Shown here: piece after piece, positions 35,829 to 36,836 of the stretch
How positions within the stretch are numbered: the first letter of the stretch is position 1
How the letters are laid out: the number at the start of each line of letters is the position of its first letter
Virus record (IMG/VR): IMGVR_UViG_2585428015_000012
DNA: 36,836 nt
Source: a virus
Lineage: Duplodnaviria > Heunggongvirae > Uroviricota > Caudoviricetes
Direction: 5' to 3' (one strand)
Program-made: the position numbers and the translations under genes
The notes under the pieces: model-generated
Seen by the model: the letters and a program-made list of their open reading frames with translations, nothing else
What the model was told of the DNA's origin: nothing
Databases searched by the model: none

Positions 35829-36024
35829 AACCATTGTCTGTTTTCTTTTCTGGTATATGTACGCAGGATCATGCAGCGCAAGACTTCATCGTTCCCTGGG
35901 CTATGGCAGGCACTACGACACCGCGCATTACATCCTGTACATGACCGCCGTCATGTTGTTCTGGCCAGTCACCCTGCCAGCTGCAACCGACATTGTTGCC
36001 GACAGACTGAAAAAAAGGAGATGA
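35818..36024 (+). CDS. Small membrane protein (68 aa)
   Basis: Start at ATG 35818 with GGGGAGG 8 nt upstream; hydrophobic segments. Confidence 0.4.
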   Translation: MTTETIVCFLFWYMYAGSCSARLHRSLGYGRHYDTAHYILYMTAVMLFWPVTLPAATDIVADRLKKRR

Positions 36025-36025
36025 T

Positions 36026-36475
36026 ATGCAGAAAAAACGCCTGATACAGCTTATCCATATTGCCCGTAATGAACTGGGTATGGATGAAGACACCTACCGC
36101 CAGATGTTACAGGGGCTGACCGGTAAAGCCTCAACCAAAGGAATGGATACCACACAACTAAACTGCGTGCTGGAATCCATGAAAAAGAAAGGCTTTCGCG
36201 TTAAACCAGCCAGAAAAGCCAGCTCCGGTTTACCGCTTGATAACCATCCGCAGTCCAGGAAAATTCGTGCGCTATGGCTTGAAATGGCTGCTGCCGGCAT
36301 TGTTCGTGACCGTTCAGAAAATGCATTAGCGAGGTGGATCAAGCGGGAAACGGGCATCAGCGCCCTGCGCTGGCTCAGTACTGAACAGGCAAGCAGTGTT
36401 ATTGAGAAACTGAAGAAGTGGCAGCGCAGAGCTGCGGGAGTCAAACATGAGCGACCTGAATCAGTTTCGAAGTAA
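36026..36475 (+). CDS. GemA-like regulatory protein (Mu gp16 family)
   Basis: 149 aa; N-terminus KRLIQLIHIARNELGMDEDTYRQML..LTGK.S resembles Mu GemA-type proteins; immediately upstream of mor as in Mu. Confidence 0.6.
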   Translation: MQKKRLIQLIHIARNELGMDEDTYRQMLQGLTGKASTKGMDTTQLNCVLESMKKKGFRVKPARKASSGLPLDNHPQSRKIRALWLEMAAAGIVRDRSENALARWIKRETGISALRWLSTEQASSVIEKLKKWQRRAAGVKHERPESVSK

Positions 36476-36836
36476 GGGGCCGGAACTCCTGGTGGAACTG
36501 GCACAGCATACCTCTGAGACCGTTCGCGAGATTATTGATATTGAGCCCGAAGTTGCCGACCAGATTGGTCAGGCCGTCGCGAACCGAATGATGCAGGTCT
36601 GGGGCGGGCAAAACGTTTATTTCCCGATGGGCATGGTATGGAAGGTCAGTCAGCGCGACCGGGAAATCTTCAGGGAGTTTAACGGACGCAACCACCACGA
36701 ACTGGCCCGCAAATTTGGTGTTTCGCTTCAGTGGGTCTACAGCGTGGTTAAGCGGGTAAGAAAAGAAGAACTGGATCGGATGCAGGGCAAGCTATTTGCT
36801 GATGAACCCGATGCAGATACGGAGAAAAAAGAGTAA
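36447..36836 (+). CDS. mor: Mor-like transcriptional activator (Mu Mor/C family)
   Basis: 129 aa; C-terminal HTH (NHHELARKFGVSLQWVYSVVKRVR); last gene of the early operon in the window. Confidence 0.75.
   Translation: MSDLNQFRSKGPELLVELAQHTSETVREIIDIEPEVADQIGQAVANRMMQVWGGQNVYFPMGMVWKVSQRDREIFREFNGRNHHELARKFGVSLQWVYSVVKRVRKEELDRMQGKLFADEPDADTEKKE

Overview
The window is almost entirely one Mu-like transposable myovirus prophage with enterobacterial-looking sequence, plus the right-hand ~2.45 kb of an IS66-family insertion sequence (1-2447) that has inserted into the 3' part of the phage tail-fibre gene. The prophage has two divergently transcribed modules. The late module runs leftward on the minus strand from ~25260 to 2444: lysis cassette (membrane protein, lytic-transglycosylase endolysin, embedded spanin pair), terminase, portal, Mu F/G/I/T-type head genes, sheath, tube, frameshifted chaperone pair, tape measure, baseplate and tail fibre. 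The early module runs rightward on the plus strand from 28235 to the window end: Ner-like protein, three accessory genes, DDE transposase, AAA+ transposition ATPase, Gam, several small genes, GemA-like and Mor. Between them (25391-28141) lies a central region with a P-loop protein, two small genes, a Dam-type adenine methyltransferase and a leftward XRE-family repressor. The prophage ends and the late activator are not in the window. The best candidates for an undescribed system are the three-gene cargo locus at 25391-26713 and the extra genes between ner and the transposase (28470-30032). All family assignments come from motif recognition by eye; no database search or computation was run.
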